A stretch of DNA of 64,000 bases from Octopus vulgaris (lineage: Eukaryota). The translations under genes and the position numbers were made by a program. Positions 37,734 through 51,411 of the stretch are shown here, in pieces. Each line of letters begins with the position of its first letter. The first letter of the stretch is position 1. Under the pieces are notes generated by a model that ran no database searches, was not told the DNA's origin, and was given only the letters and a program-made list of their open reading frames with translations. The stretch covers positions 51,770,001 through 51,834,000 of the forward strand of contig OX597832.1 of NCBI GenBank assembly GCA_951406725.2. The letters run 5' to 3'.

Positions 37734-38128
37734 CTAGAAGTATCGCTCAGCGTTGCTCGGGTTTGTTTCGACTCTTCAGAATTGGAATTTTTGAAAAGTA
37801 AAAATTTTTTGCATTATGTAGCTTGTTATTCTCTTTAAGTGAACAATTTTCTGGTTGAAATACACCGAAAAATGGCGACACAGCAGTCAACAAATCGTAA
37901 AAAATAAGGCTTTTCATAGAAAAAAAGCACTTTTTTTATGTAAATAATTTTTGGTGTTAACATGGTGCAATTTGAATTTTTTTCTTCTACAGAAGGAAGA
38001 GCAAGCCTTCTTCTATCACACTTTCAATTTTGGTCAACGTGCACTGCAGGGTCTTGGAGGAGATAGTGTTAGTTGAAGGTTACCAAACCTGCCATACACA
38101 GACAACTTCAGCTTTATATATATAGAGA
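37734..38128 (-). mobile_element. Non-autonomous Helitron family 1, complete
   Basis: A|TCTCTATATATA...CTAG|T, no TSD. Confidence 0.85.
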
Positions 38129-38169
38129 TTAGTACTGACCAATTGTACAACTGAATTCAGTTGACCCAC

Positions 38170-38416
38170 CTTCTATTGACGATGTCAGTACTAGATGCAC
38201 ATGTGCCTTGGCCTTCCAGTTCCATATTTGTTTCGTACACATCGTCAAATTCAACAAACCATTTTGCTTTTTCCACGATGATACTTTCTGGACTATTTTT
38301 TAATTCTTTCCACAATGTAGCACATTCTTTGTACTTATTGACAACATCTGCACAGCCATCTTGTGCTGTGAGCAGCGAATGCAATGTGGTATATGATTGG
38401 TCGACATAGAAATCAT
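38170..38416 (-). CDS. Candidate internal coding exon of an unidentified protein
   Basis: Non-repetitive 247-nt open frame (DDFYVDQSY...KWFVEFDDVYETNME...); acceptor TTTGCATTTTGAAAG, donor AAG|GTGGGT. Confidence 0.45.
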
Positions 38417-39651
38417 CTTTCAAAATGCAAATTAAACAACCATGGTGGCTGGTTTACGATTATTCTGAGAAGTTACTTATTTTCCCCACATTAACTTACA
38501 GATTATTTATATAATTGCTGAAAATATATTTAAAAATTTTTTAGCTTCAAGCTTTAGGATTCTCTGAATTAAAGGAACTTCCAATGCTTGGGAAGCCCTT
38601 GAGTCATGGCCCATCTTGGCCCATAGCTAAATCCAACCCTGCATCTGTATCACTCATTATAAGTGAATGTGTGATGTTGATTTGTAGTGTTGATGATTTT
38701 TATGAGAAGATGGCATCTGAGAAAAAGCAATACGTTTTAAAAACAATGAAACAATAGTAAATTATTTGTAACAGTTGAACTTGACGGACATACATCTATA
38801 AATATTTGCAAGTGAAATATATGGGTTAAAAAAAAAAACCCATGACTCACCTTCAACTTTTTTTCCATTGAAGGGTCTTTTAGTCTGATATTCTAGATAC
38901 TATCATTTATAGTTTTATCTTTTCTAGATTCTAACATTTAAAAAAAATTACCTCATATCTCCCGAAGGTTCTGAATTTTTAATATGTAAACATTTTACAA
39001 TTCTCACTGATAAGAACAAAGCCCCTAAAATGGATGGAGAAAATTCAAAGTGTTGGTTTGGTCCAATGGTAGAACATCTATCATGTTTACAGAAGATGTG
39101 GATTCCTGTCCCATGGGCAGGGCAGCCTTTGACTTTTTTTCATTCAAGGGTTTTTTTTTTTCTTTTTAGCTCCAATATTCTTCATGCTGTTATTCATTGC
39201 TTTATCTGCTTTGGTTTTCGCCATTTGAAATAATTACAGCACCTCCCTCAAATTTTCTAAATTCTTATAACATAGATGAAACAGTAAATTTAAAACAACA
39301 AATATTAAAACCACTGTCTCTGACTCCAATCCCTGCTCATTTATCTACAAAAAGGACAAGTGGCCGCATCCTACCCTCAGAAGTTAAGTAGATTAAGTAT
39401 TTAGTTGAATTATTTGTTTATAAAAAAAAGGCGGGGTGGGGAAAGCAATACATGTAAAAGGATACAGATATTAAAACAGATAAAACACTTCTTTAAATTG
39501 TCATTTTTAAAATTATAATCAGATTAAAGTTTCCATAAATAACTAACAATTAATAATTGGAGTTTGTGATAGCAAGGAGTGCTTCCTGTGCTCTCCTTGC
39601 TCAGTTTCACTATACTCACATAAAAGAACCACTTGAGCATTTTTTACCCTG

Positions 39652-39870
39652 TCATCATTATCATTGCTTAACGTCTGTTTCCATACTGGCATGGATTGGA
39701 CAGTTTGACAGGAGCTGGCCAGCCAAGGAGCTGTCCAGGCTTCAGTTGTCTGATTCAGCATGGTTTTTATGACTGGATGCCCTTCCAAATGTCAACCACT
39801 TTACTGAGTGTGCTGGATACATTTTATGTGTCACTGGCACAGGTACATTTATGGAACACCAGCATGAGTG
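39652..39870 (-). mobile_element. Diverged family C
   Basis: Similarity to other copies. Confidence 0.7.
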
Positions 39871-40009
39871 CATTTTAACTGGAAACAGCACCTGCAAAAG
39901 ACAGGCCTGTATGTATGGATGACGGTAAGTTTATTTAGCTTGACACATAAAATCACTGTCATCCACAAAATTTCATTGTGATCAAACCCATGTCAGAAAT
40001 TTTCTACTA

Positions 40010-40521
40010 AGGCGGCAAGCTGGCAGAACCGTTAGCACACCAGGCAAAAGGCTTTAGCAGTATTTCGTCTGCCGCTACGTTCTGAGTTCAAATTCCGCCG
40101 ACTTAATCCGTTTGTCCTCTCTGTGTTTAGCCCTTTGTGGGTAGTAAAGAAATAGATATTTTGTATGCCATTATGTTCTGAATTCAAATTCCGCCGAGGT
40201 CAACTTTGCCTTTCATCCCTTTGGGATCGATTAAATAAGTACCAGTTATGCACTGGGGTTGATATAATTGACTTAATCCATTTGTCTGTCCTTGTTTGTC
40301 CTCTCTGTGTTTAGCCCCTTGTGGGTAGTAAAGAAATAGGTATTTCATCTGCCATTACATTCTGAGTTCAAATTCTGCCAAGGTTGACTTTGCCTTTCAT
40401 CCTTTCGGGGTCAATAAATTAAGTACCAGTTACGCACTGGTGTTGATATAATCAACTTAAACCATTTGTCTGTCCTTGTTTGTCCTCTCTGTGTGTAGCC
40501 CCTTGTGGGCAGAAAAGAAAT
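40010..40521 (+). mobile_element. SINE family B, head plus three body units
   Basis: Flanked by AAATTTTCTA repeats (probable TSD). Confidence 0.85.
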
Positions 40522-40706
40522 AAATTTTCTATCAGCCACTGATGATTTGTAATTTAGATTGATGATATAGAGGAAGGAAATAGGAATTTCCCCATAGCCT
40601 CGATGCCATCTTCTATTATTAAAAGGATATGATAGTTGCTCTGGAATTACAAAAGCATGTGGAATTATCAAGAACTCCAAGATGTCAACACAAAGGGTGT
40701 ACAAAA

Positions 40707-40838
40707 GTTCTTCCCAAACATGTGGTCTTGGGTTCATCCCCTCTGAATAGCACTTGGGCAAGTGTTTTCTATTATAGCCTTGGGTCAACCAAAGCCTTGT
40801 GAGAGGATCTGGTAAACAGAAACTGAAAGAAGCCTGTC

Positions 40839-40905
<67 letters not shown>

Positions 40906-41265
40906 CTTTGTGTTTGTATTTGTCCTCCACCACCACTTAACAACCGGTGTTGGTTTGTTTATATCTCTGTACTGGTGACATGTAAAAGGCATCCAGTACA
41001 CTCTGTGGAGTGGATGGTGTTAGGAAGGGTATCCAGCTGGGGAAATCAAGCCAAATCTGACTACTGGAGCCTGGTGCAGCTCTCCAGGTTAACAGTTCCA
41101 GTCAAACCATCTAACCTATGCTAGCATGGAAAATGGATGCTAAATGATGATGATGATGACGTAACTTAGTGGTTCAACAAAAGAGACCAATAAACTAAGT
41201 GCTGGGGTCAATTTATTCTACTATAACCATTCAAGGCTGTGTTGTAGTGTAGCTTCAGTCCAAAT
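40707..41265 (+). mobile_element. Diverged family-A SINE interrupted by a family-C RTE tail (~40965-41160)
   Basis: Family-A sequence resumes at GTAACTTAGTGGTTC (41161). Confidence 0.7.
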
Positions 41266-41652
41266 GGTAATTAATTGAGGAAGTGGTAATTATAGGAGTG
41301 TCATTCCCAGAGCTGCTACAATTTTGTCAGGGTCAGACACATTCCTCACTTAATTAAAATATAGAATGCTAGCATCCTATTTTAACTAATTTCAATTATA
41401 ATTTTATAGTTATCTCTCCATGCTTTCCACGTGCAAAATTAATCATTATGTTAATGAGTCTTTCTCCTCAAAATGTGCATTTTTTGTTTTAACCTTTTAG
41501 TCAGGAAGGGGTGTAGTGCTCATGACCCCTTACGGGGCCTCTGAGACTGAAAGGGGTAGGGAATGAGCAAGGTATACTCAAAAACTGGAGACCAGTCCTA
41601 AAGCTTGCAAAAGAGTGGATTCTCCTAAAGGTACTCAAGATACTAGATGTTA

Positions 41653-42075
41653 ATTCTTTGTAAGCCCAGTACTTATTCTATCAGTCTCTTTTGCCGAACT
41701 GCTAAGTGATGGGGACATAAACACACCAGCATCGGTTGTCAAGCAATGCTAGGGGAACAAACACAGACACACAAACATACATGCACATACATATATATAC
41801 ATATATACAATGGGCTTCTTTCAGTTTCCGTCTACCAAATCCACTCACTATATGTATGTGTGTGTGTGTTTGTGTGTCTGTGTTTGTCCCCCTAGCATTG
41901 CTTGACAACCGATGCTGGTATGTTTATGTCCCCATAACTTAGCAGTTCGGCAAAAGAGACCGATAGAATAAGTAGTGGGCTTACAAAGAATAAGTCCCGG
42001 GGTCGATTTGCTCGACTAAAGGCGGTGCTCCAGCATGGCCGCAGTCAAATGACTGAAACAAGTAAAAGGGTAAAG
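41653..42075. mobile_element. Head-to-head inverted pair of family-A SINE 3' halves
   Basis: 41653-41848 minus, 41850-42075 plus. Confidence 0.85.
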
Positions 42076-42254
42076 AGAGAGAAAGAGTACATGCAGCTAT
42101 AACCTGTCATACTATATTATATAGAGGTGCAACATAAAAGAGATGTGTAGCATAGACAGGTGGATGTTTAGCAAGGTAAGTTAGAGATTCATTAAATAAA
42201 GTATGTTAACACCAACCAAAGTAATGGTGAATAAATGTACCTACGTAATGTAGT

Positions 42255-42488
42255 ACTCTCTTTACTCTTTTATTTGCTTCAGTCATTTGACTGTGGCCAT
42301 GCTGGAGCACCGCCTTTAGTCGAGCAAGTCGACCCCGGGACTTATTCTTTGTAAGCCCAGTACTTATTCTATCAGTCTCTTTTGCCGAACCGCTAAGTGA
42401 CGGGGACGTAAACACACCAGCATTGGTTGTCAAGCAATGCTAGGGGGACAAACACAGACACACAAACACAGACACACAAACACACACA

Positions 42489-42537
<49 letters not shown>

Positions 42538-42700
42538 GACAGGCTTTTTTCAGTTTCCATCTACCAAATCCACTCACAAGGCATTGGTCGGCCCGGGGCT
42601 ATAGCTGAAGACACTTGCCCAAGATGCCATGCAGTGGGACTGAACCCGGAACAATGTGGCTGGTTAGCAAGCTACTTACCACACAGCCACTCCTGCGCCT
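42255..42700 (-). mobile_element. SINE family A, full length
   Basis: Similarity to other copies. Confidence 0.9.
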
Positions 42701-43118
42701 ATAGTGTGAATAAAAATAAAATTTCTCATTAGCCATTGGTTACATTATATGTATGTGGACTATAATAGAGACGTGGACATTTAGTGAAGCGAGAAAAAGA
42801 TCCAATTCCAATTTCAGCCGACACTTGTTAAAACTTCAGATGAGATAACAAATGAAAAAAATCATTGTCATTGAAAGCTAACTAGAGACACAATATCATA
42901 TCATGTTATGACCAATTTCAGATATAGAAAAGAGAGAAACAAACGGCCGTTTATTAGAAAGTTAAAAATACTAGCATCAAATTTGTCTGACATTATAAAT
43001 ATTTTAAATACTTCATCTGGGCTGTGTTTCAATGAGGGTATTGTGCACCCACAAGCGAGCAACAAATATCAAGAGAGAACTATAAAGAAAACTGAGTGTT
43101 TAGAGATGTAGTTTTTCA

Positions 43119-43337
43119 TACTCTTTACTTGTTTCAGTCATTTGACTTTGGCCATGCTGGAGCACCGCCTTTAGTCGAGCAAATCGACCCCCAGGTCTTA
43201 TTATTTGTAAACCTAGTACTTATTCTATCAGTCTCTTTTGCCGAACCGCTAAGTTACGGGGACGTAAACATACCAGCATCAGTTGTCAAGCGATGTTGGG
43301 GGGACAAACACAGATACACAAACATATACACACACAC

Positions 43338-43380
<43 letters not shown>

Positions 43381-43547
43381 TATGATGGGCTTTTTTCAGT
43401 TTCCGTCTACCAAATCCACTCACAAGGCTTTGGTCGGCCTGAGGCTATAGTGGAAGACACTTGCCCAAGATGCCACACAGTGGGACTGAATCCGGAACCA
43501 TGTGGCTGGTAAGCAAGCTACTTACCACACAGCCACTCCTATGCCTA
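43119..43547 (-). mobile_element. SINE family A, full length
   Basis: Similarity to other copies. Confidence 0.9.
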
Positions 43548-43595
43548 TGAAATAAAATATTTAAACCATTCCCAATACTTATATTTTAATTACAA

Positions 43596-43925
43596 CTTCT
43601 TCTTCTTCTGTCTTTAACCCTCCAACACGGAGTATAGGCCACTTATAATTGAATTCCATGACGCATAATTTTTCGCTTCTGTACTTATACTCTGCCATGA
43701 ATGTCCCCCTTTCTCTAGTTCCTTTTCTGTTGATCTATGCCACAAGTTCTTAGGCCTACCTTTCTTTCTATATCCATCCGGTTTCCACTGTAAAGCACTT
43801 TTCGCTACATTTGGTGTGTCTTTTCTAATTGTGCTACCAATCCACTTCCACTTTTTCTTAAATATTTGCTCCCTAATCGAAACTTAATTTGTTCTTTGCC
43901 ATAGCTCCATATTGCTTTTGTGTTC
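43596..43925 (-). pseudogene. RTE LINE ORF C-terminus with (GAA)n tail
   Basis: KWKWIGSTIRK...ALQWKPDGYRKKGRPKNLWHRS. Confidence 0.8.
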
Positions 43926-43930
43926 GGGCC

Positions 43931-44200
<270 letters not shown>

Positions 44201-44904
44201 AATAATAGATTTTTAACCCTTAATGATAATATTCATTGAGTCAGCTGGTCATGCTTGGGAATCCAGCTGCGAAGTGCAATGATGGTTGTTCTGATAAGAA
44301 CCTACGGAGGAGGTGCTTGAGGACTCTGCCTGCCTCAGCCCCTCCAGGAATGGTGGGCAATAAAGATGGGTGGATGGATGGATGGATGGATGGATTGATG
44401 GAAAGATAAAGCTGTCGGAAACATAACTTAGGAAAACATTGCAGTAAAAATCTTGTTCAAATTAGTTTTCTGCCACTGAGATGACCAAATCAAGTCAAAT
44501 CAGGCAAAATATTACAGTTCGTCATCTATGTGTCACATAATGTATATACACAGTTCATAGGCCAGTTATACTGCAGTATGTATCCAGAGATAACATCTGT
44601 AATAGGCTTGTTGTGCTAAAATACAATAAATATCAGCTTGGAGCATGATACAGCTTTCTGGCTTGCCAGTCCTCAGTCAAACTGTCCAACCCATGCCAGC
44701 ATGGAAAACGGACGTTAAACAACGATGATGATGATCAGTCACTGGCTGCTGCTGGGATGAAATTTTGTCTCTCTCTGATTTTTTTTTTTTGTTTTTAACA
44801 CAAGTCCATAAGGGATGTTATCTTCGGACAAATACAGCAGTGACTGGCCTATCGACTGATTATATACGCTATTCATACATGGATGGCTATTTTAATTAAA
44901 TACT

Positions 44905-45132
44905 TATTTCTTTACTACCCACAAGGGGCTAAACACAGAGGGGACAAAGACAGACAAACGGTTTAAGTCAATTACATCGATCCCAGTGCGTAACTGGTAC
45001 TTAATTTATCGATCCCGAAAGGATGAAAGGTAAAGTCGACCTCGGCAGAATTTGAACTCAGAACATAATGCCAGACGAAATACGGCTACACATTTCGCCC
45101 AGTATGCTAACGTTTCTGCCAGCTCGCTGCCT
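44905..45132 (-). mobile_element. SINE family B monomer with 17-bp TSD
   Basis: TATTTTAATTAAATACT at 44888-44904 and 45133-45149. Confidence 0.9.
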
Positions 45133-45654
45133 TATTTTAATTAAATACTGTCTCAGTTGTGTATACTGGATTGTAGCTAGTGCCATTCAAATGTGTATAT
45201 ACACCAGTATTTTAATACTCAATCTAATTTTATAGTGCGGCCTTCAACTCTGTAGCATTTAAACTGGCTGTACGCAGTCCAAATATTCTACCTGCTCTAT
45301 GTTCAAACTGGCCGGATTTGGTTTCTCACAGCCACTCTACAATGTTATTCTAAAAATAACCTATCACATTGAAATGTCAAAGCTGCAAGATAATGCATGA
45401 TTAGTTTAAAACAACATGAATAAATAAGCCTTATATTTGGACGAGTAATTTGAATACTAAATGGTTGACTGTACAGTTTGTAATTTAAGAATCATTTTCA
45501 CAAAAGGAATGTGTCCAGTAAAATGCCTGGGCATACTTAGGTATAAAATAAAGCTTTTTCAATGCATGGATGGATGAATAGATAGGTTGGTACATAGACG
45601 GTAGGTTGACTGTAAGTATGTAATTAGTTAAGTAGATAAGCACACCAGTAAGTA

Positions 45655-46004
45655 TGAAGGTGCATGGTGCAGTGGTTAGTGCATCAGGCTTGCAATCATG
45701 AGGTAGTGAGTTCAATTCCAGGATTGGGCTGTGTGTTTTGTTCTTGAGCAAGACACTTTATTTCATGTTCCTCCAGTTCTCTCAGCTGTTGAAATGAGTT
45801 GTGATGTCACTGGTTCCAAGGTGTATGTATCGGCCTTTGCCTTTCCCTGGGATAACATTAGTGGCATGAAGAGGGGAAACTGGTATGTATGGGTGACTGC
45901 TGGTCTTTCATAAACAACGTTGCCCAGACTTGTGCCTCGAAAGGGAACTTTCTAGGTGCAATCCCATGGTCATTCATGACTGAAGGGGGTCCTTACCTTT
46001 TTTG
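45655..46004 (+). mobile_element. tRNA-derived SINE (family F)
   Basis: A box TGGTGCAGTGG, B box GAGTTCAATTCC, CTTGAGCAAGACACTT core; TSD CACCAGTAAGTA. Confidence 0.8.
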
Positions 46005-46016
46005 CACCAGTAAGTA

Positions 46017-46580
46017 GATTGATTGGTAGGTAGGTAGATAAGTAGATCTTAGATTGATCTGTAGCTAGTTGTGTTAGTGGGTACTTAGATAGGTAGGGAA
46101 GATGGGTAGATAGTGGGTTGGCCTGTAGATTAGTAGGTAGATAAGTAGTTAGGTCAGTAGATAGATAGGCATGTATGTAGGTAGGTAGATAGGTAAGTAG
46201 GTAAATATATGAGAAAGTATGTAGGTAGGTAGGTAGATTGGTAACTGGGTAGGTATATAGGTAAGTCTACAGGTACAAATGTAAGCATGTAGGTAGGTAG
46301 GTACTTAGGTAAATAGATAGATAAGTAAGTGGGTAGGTAGATAGGTTGGCACTTAGGTGAGCAGATAGGTAGGTGGGTAGATATGTAGGCACTTAGGCAA
46401 GTAGATAGATAGGCAAGAGGGTAGGTAGGTATTTAAGTCTGTAGGTACAAAGGTAAGTGGGTGGGTTGGTAGGTAGGTAAGCACTTAAGTACATGGTACA
46501 TGGGTAAGTCTATATGTACAAAGGTAAGTAAGTAAGTAGGTAGGTATTAGGTCAGTTGGTAGAAAGGCAAGATGGTAAGT
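46017..46580. repeat. Degenerate (GGTA/GATA)n microsatellite
   Basis: Direct inspection. Confidence 0.85.
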
Positions 46581-46899
46581 ACAATCAATAGTGACTTCTG
46601 TCTATGAGAAGACTTCAACAAGGCAAATTTTTCTGTTGGTTGCAGCAGTGAAATCTACCTCAAAATGAAGTATCTTTTATGTAACTATATGATCTGCTAG
46701 ACAGAAATAGCAGCCAAATTTCCCTCGGAACTCATATTATCATGTTAAATAAGGAAAAGACAGGTGATTAGATAATGTATTACTACATATTATTTAAAAG
46801 ACAAGAAGGTCACAGCTGGAAGGCCTTTAATCATGGGTCTTTCTTCATTAGAAACGAGCAGCAGCAACAACAGCATCTTTTCTGCTTGGCTGTACCTGT

Positions 46900-47718
46900 G
46901 GAAATTTCAATGTTTAGTGAAAAATTTAAATATTTGGTGTATTGGTGTAATTTTCCATGCTGAATCTCAGGAGATAATTCACTTTCTCCAGAAAAAATAA
47001 AAGTTACAGAGATTTAAAGTTTGATAATTTTTGCCCAGTTAGAAAACAGGATTTGGAAGCCGTTAATTAGTGCATGACAGCCTGTATTGTCAACCATAAA
47101 CAAATGAAATATTGGCGGTATTCTGCTTTATGCATGCCAATTAACACCTCATAACATTTTTATTTTTTGGAATTTTCAGAAAATTTTTTGCAACTTTGTA
47201 TTCTACATAAAGGAATTCAAAGAATTATGCAAAAACCAAAAGAAAAAAATTTCTTCCTGTGTGTAATTTAAGGCCTATTTAGCTGTTTGTTTTTAATGCA
47301 CCTTGTACTATATATGTTTTAAGCATTTAATAAGCAACAAAAAGAACACGTAGTGAACAGCTTGGCTTGTTACTATGGAAACAGGCATCTATATGTCTGT
47401 GGCTTTGATTGGCTAAAATTACACGAATTTTGCAAAATTTAACAGCTATTAACACTTTATTTATTGATTTATGGCGAAAATGAATTTCATATCAATGGTT
47501 ACTTTACAAAACTACACAAATACACCAAATACGAAATCATTTGGAACAAAAATTGAAGAAATCGGCAGATTTTTAAAATAATTTTTTTGTAACTAAACAC
47601 TTTTAAACTTTGAATACTGGTAGAATGTGTTTCACAAAACATCTTTTTCTCTTGGCTTTCTTGAGAAAATTCTGTAGTTTGTAAGCTATTTCTTGGTAAA
47701 TTTCTTGCATTTCAACAA
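46900..47718. mobile_element. Old DNA-transposon remnant sharing a segment with the Merlin-like MITEs
   Basis: TATTTGGTGTATT.GTGTA.TTT inverted at ~46931 and ~47508-47531; 47590-47715 matches 3272-3405. Confidence 0.5.
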
Positions 47719-47929
47719 TCATGGCAAGCAGTACACCAAGGTACTCAGAAAGCTTGCCAGATCAGATTGGAGCCTGGTGTGGTCTCCTGGTTCGCCAGTC
47801 TCCAGTCACACCGTCCAACCCATGCCAGCATGGAAAACGGACATTAAATGATGATGATGATGATGATGAAACTGCAAAGAAATTTGAAAGCAATTCACAT
47901 TCACTATGACAATGCATGACCATGTGAAT

Positions 47930-48180
47930 CTTTGGAAACAATCCAGGTGAATGGCAAATTGGGCTGATCATTGGTTCCCCTATATACTGTACAGCCCAGA
48001 TCTGGTGCCCTCTGGTTTCCATCTGTGTGGTTCAATGAAAGCTGATCTTCAGGAACAGTGGTTCAAAAGTAGCTGTGAAGAAGTGGGTACAACATTGCAC
48101 TTCTGAATGCTTTCAAAGAGCTTCCAAAAGTTGCATTCAACTACGACTCAACAATGTGACTGAGAGTATGTTGAGTAATA
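47930..48180 (+). pseudogene. Mariner transposase C-terminal remnant
   Basis: YSPDLVPSGFHLCGSMKADL, compare YSPDLAPSDFHLF. Confidence 0.6.
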
Positions 48181-48525
48181 ATTTAGTATAGCGAAAGACT
48201 TCAAAAGGATTTACTGTGAGGTTTGGAATAATGCAAGAAGGTACAAAGGAAAAGAAGAAAATAAAACAAAATTGCAGTTTTACTTTGGATTTCTATATTT
48301 CGAGGTTAAAGAGAAAAAGTTACAAAGTGCGATTTCAGTTACCATTCTGAGTAGTAACTTAGTATAAAGAAAAAGTAACAAGTGCAATTTAAATTACTTG
48401 TGTCATTCAATAAAAAGGTTATGGATCAACCCTCCTATATCAGAGGTTTTTTTTTCTCATTAATTTTGTTTCACTTTGAAATATGGGTCAATGTTTAATT
48501 GTCACTCCACCTATTATTATTCATA

Positions 48526-48914
48526 TCTTTATATATAAAAGTAAGGTTGTGTGTCTGTCTCCTACGATTTAGATTCCTAACTACTCCCACATTTTGCGGT
48601 GCAGTTTAACCAAAACCGGGTATCTTATAGTCGTGATTCATATCGAGCCCTTCTGGGTATTAGCGCGCATCTACGTTGAGTCTACGATTTAAAAAAAAAA
48701 TTACCATCATTTTTTTCCATTTTAATGCATATTTTTCGCTATTATATAAGGGAAGTAACTCTCTAAAAATGTCTACGATGAGTCAAAGATTTAAAAAAAT
48801 TTACCATAATTTTTTTTCCATTTTTTTTTGGCTATTTTTTGGCTATAACTCTCTAAAAATGCTTATATAGTTATTTCCCTTACAAACCCGAGCAACGCCG
48901 GGCGATACTGCTAG
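48526..48914 (+). mobile_element. Non-autonomous Helitron family 2
   Basis: A|TC...CTAG|T; internal duplication relative to 30176-30685. Confidence 0.85.
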
Positions 48915-49782
48915 TTCAACATAAAATTTGAAATCATAATTATAATAAACAAAGATATAAATATTATGTGAATTAAGGAATTTACTTTAATCAAACGGCA
49001 ATTAAAAAAAAGACAACAACAACAACAAACAACCCAACAGAACTGAAATAAGTCTATTGTTGTCCTTTTTAAGACGGTGGGGGTGTAAATTAAATTATAC
49101 GTGACGGCTATTTTCCCACAGGTTGAGCGACCTCATAGAATAAGGAAGGTCGTGGGCGTAGAAACTCCATTGTTGGTCCATCATTCGGAGATTGGTTATA
49201 CTTTTGGGTGACGTAGACAAACGGTAAATCAAACAACCTATCATTTTAAAACCGGATGTTTACCTTTTTTCCAGGAAAAAGTTTAACAGTTAAAAGTACA
49301 AAGAAGTGAAACTGTCTCCATTGTTGGTAGCAAGAAATGTTACTCGTTGGCAATGACTTGACAGACCACAACAGAAAGGAATAACTAATTTTGTTTACGC
49401 TATTATCATTGTCGTTGTTGTTCCTTTTTTATGTTTTCCTTTTACTACTACTACTACTATTTACTATTTATTGTACTTTATTCATTTAAAATAAAGTTTT
49501 TATTTATGAATTTGGTGAAGAATTCATGGAATAAAGTTACCAACAGTTGCATTGCCCAATGCATTACGAGCAGAGTACTTGGACAAAAAGTGTTCATTTA
49601 AGGAAAGTTATATAGTCAAACATGAAAGATTGGGGTCCATGATTCTATAAGAAATGAATTTGCAAGAAATTCAGTCCGAAGTTCGGGGTTTGAAGAGGAC
49701 GAAATGTTTGTACTTAACTGAAAACAAGAAGCAAATAAATAAACTTTTGGAAACTACACGAGGACATGAGACTCTTTTTGTC

Positions 49783-50184
49783 TTTACTCTTTTACTCTTT
49801 TACTTGTTTCAGTCATTTGACTGCGGCCATGCTGGAGCACCGCCTTTACTCGAGCAAATCGACCCCGGGACTTATTCTTTGTAAGCCCAGTACTTATTCT
49901 ATCGGTCTCTTTTGCCGAACCGCTAAGTAACGGGGACGTAAACACACCAGCATCGGTTGTCAAGCAATGCTAGGGGGACAAACACACAAACACACATATA
50001 TACATATATATACATATATACGACAGGCTTCTTTCAGTTTCCGTCTACCAAATCCACTCACAAGGCATTGGTCGGCCCGGGGCTATAGCAGAAGACACTT
50101 GCCCAAGATGCCAAGCAGTGGGACTGAACCCAGAACCATGTGGTTGGTTAGCAAGCTACTTACCACACAGCCACTCCTGTGCCT
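49783..50184 (-). mobile_element. SINE family A flanked by ~330-bp direct repeats
   Basis: 49453-49785 is repeated at 50183-50552. Confidence 0.88.
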
Positions 50185-50571
50185 ACTATTTACTATTTAT
50201 TGTACTTTATTCATTTAAAATAAAGTTTTTATTCATGAATTTGGTGAAGAATTCATGGAATAAAGTTACCAACAGTTGCATTGCCAATGCATTACAAGCA
50301 GAGTACTTGGACAAAAAGTGTTCATTTAAGGCAAGTTATATTGTCAAACATGAGAGATTGGGGTCCATGATTCTATAGGAAATGGATTTGCAAGAAATTC
50401 AGTCCGAAGTTCGGGGTTTGAAGAGGACGAAATGTTTGTACTTAACTGAAAACAAGAAGCAATTAAATAAACTTTCGATAACTAAAAACATGGGTTTCCT
50501 TTTTATAATTTGTTTCCTTTTACACGAGGACATGAGACTCATTTTGTCTTTCTTGAATTTTTTTCCGCAAA

Positions 50572-50736
50572 AACTACACTCTCGGAGTGGTTGGCGTTAG
50601 GAAGGGCATCCAGCTGTAGAAACCCTGCAAGAGCAGATTGGAGTCTGGTGCAGCCATCTGGTTCGCCAGACCTCAGTCAAATCGTCCAACCCATGCTAGC
50701 ATGGAAAGCGGACGTTAAACGATGATGATGATGATG
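50572..50736 (+). mobile_element. RTE 3' end (family C)
   Basis: Similarity to other copies. Confidence 0.82.
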
Positions 50737-51007
50737 AAAAATATAGGATGTCCCCTGAAAATAAGCCCTAGTGCATTTTGTGGATGCAAAATTAATATAA
50801 GGCCGGATTTTATTTTCAGGAAAACACTGTATTATTAAGAATTGTATCAAACATTCTTAAATTATTTTGTGTATTGTATAACCAATTTATTGTACATGAT
50901 TTTTAACGACAGAATTTTACATGGGTCCACAAGGACCATATGAACCCCCAATTAAGAACCACTAATCTATAGGTTTCATCACTGGCTTATTTCTGCAAAG
51001 TTTATCA

Positions 51008-51411
51008 AGGCACAGGAGTGGCTGTGTGGTAAGTAGCTTGTTTACCAACCACATGGTTCCGGGTTCAGTCCCACTGCGTGGCACCTTGGGCAAGTGTCTT
51101 CTGCTATAGCCTCGGGCCGACCAAAACCTTGTGAGTGGATTTGGTAGATGGAAACTGAAAGAAGCCCGTCGTATATATGTATATATATATATATATATAT
51201 GCATTTGTGTGTCTGTGTTTGTCCCCCTAGCATTGCTTGTCAACCAATGCTGGTGTGCTTACGTCCCCGTTACTTAGCGGTTCGGCAAAAGAGACCGATA
51301 GAATAAGTACTGGGCTTACAAAAGAATAAGTTCCGGGGTCGAGTTGCTCGATTAAAGGCGGTGCTCCAGCATGGCCGCAGTCAAATGACTGAAACAAGTA
51401 AAAGAGAGTAA
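51008..51411 (+). mobile_element. SINE family A, full length
   Basis: Similarity to other copies. Confidence 0.9.

Noticed and set aside
45655-45730. tRNA gene (also 57305 and 51794)
   Set aside because: A/B boxes continue into SINE bodies; no proper cloverleaf or terminator
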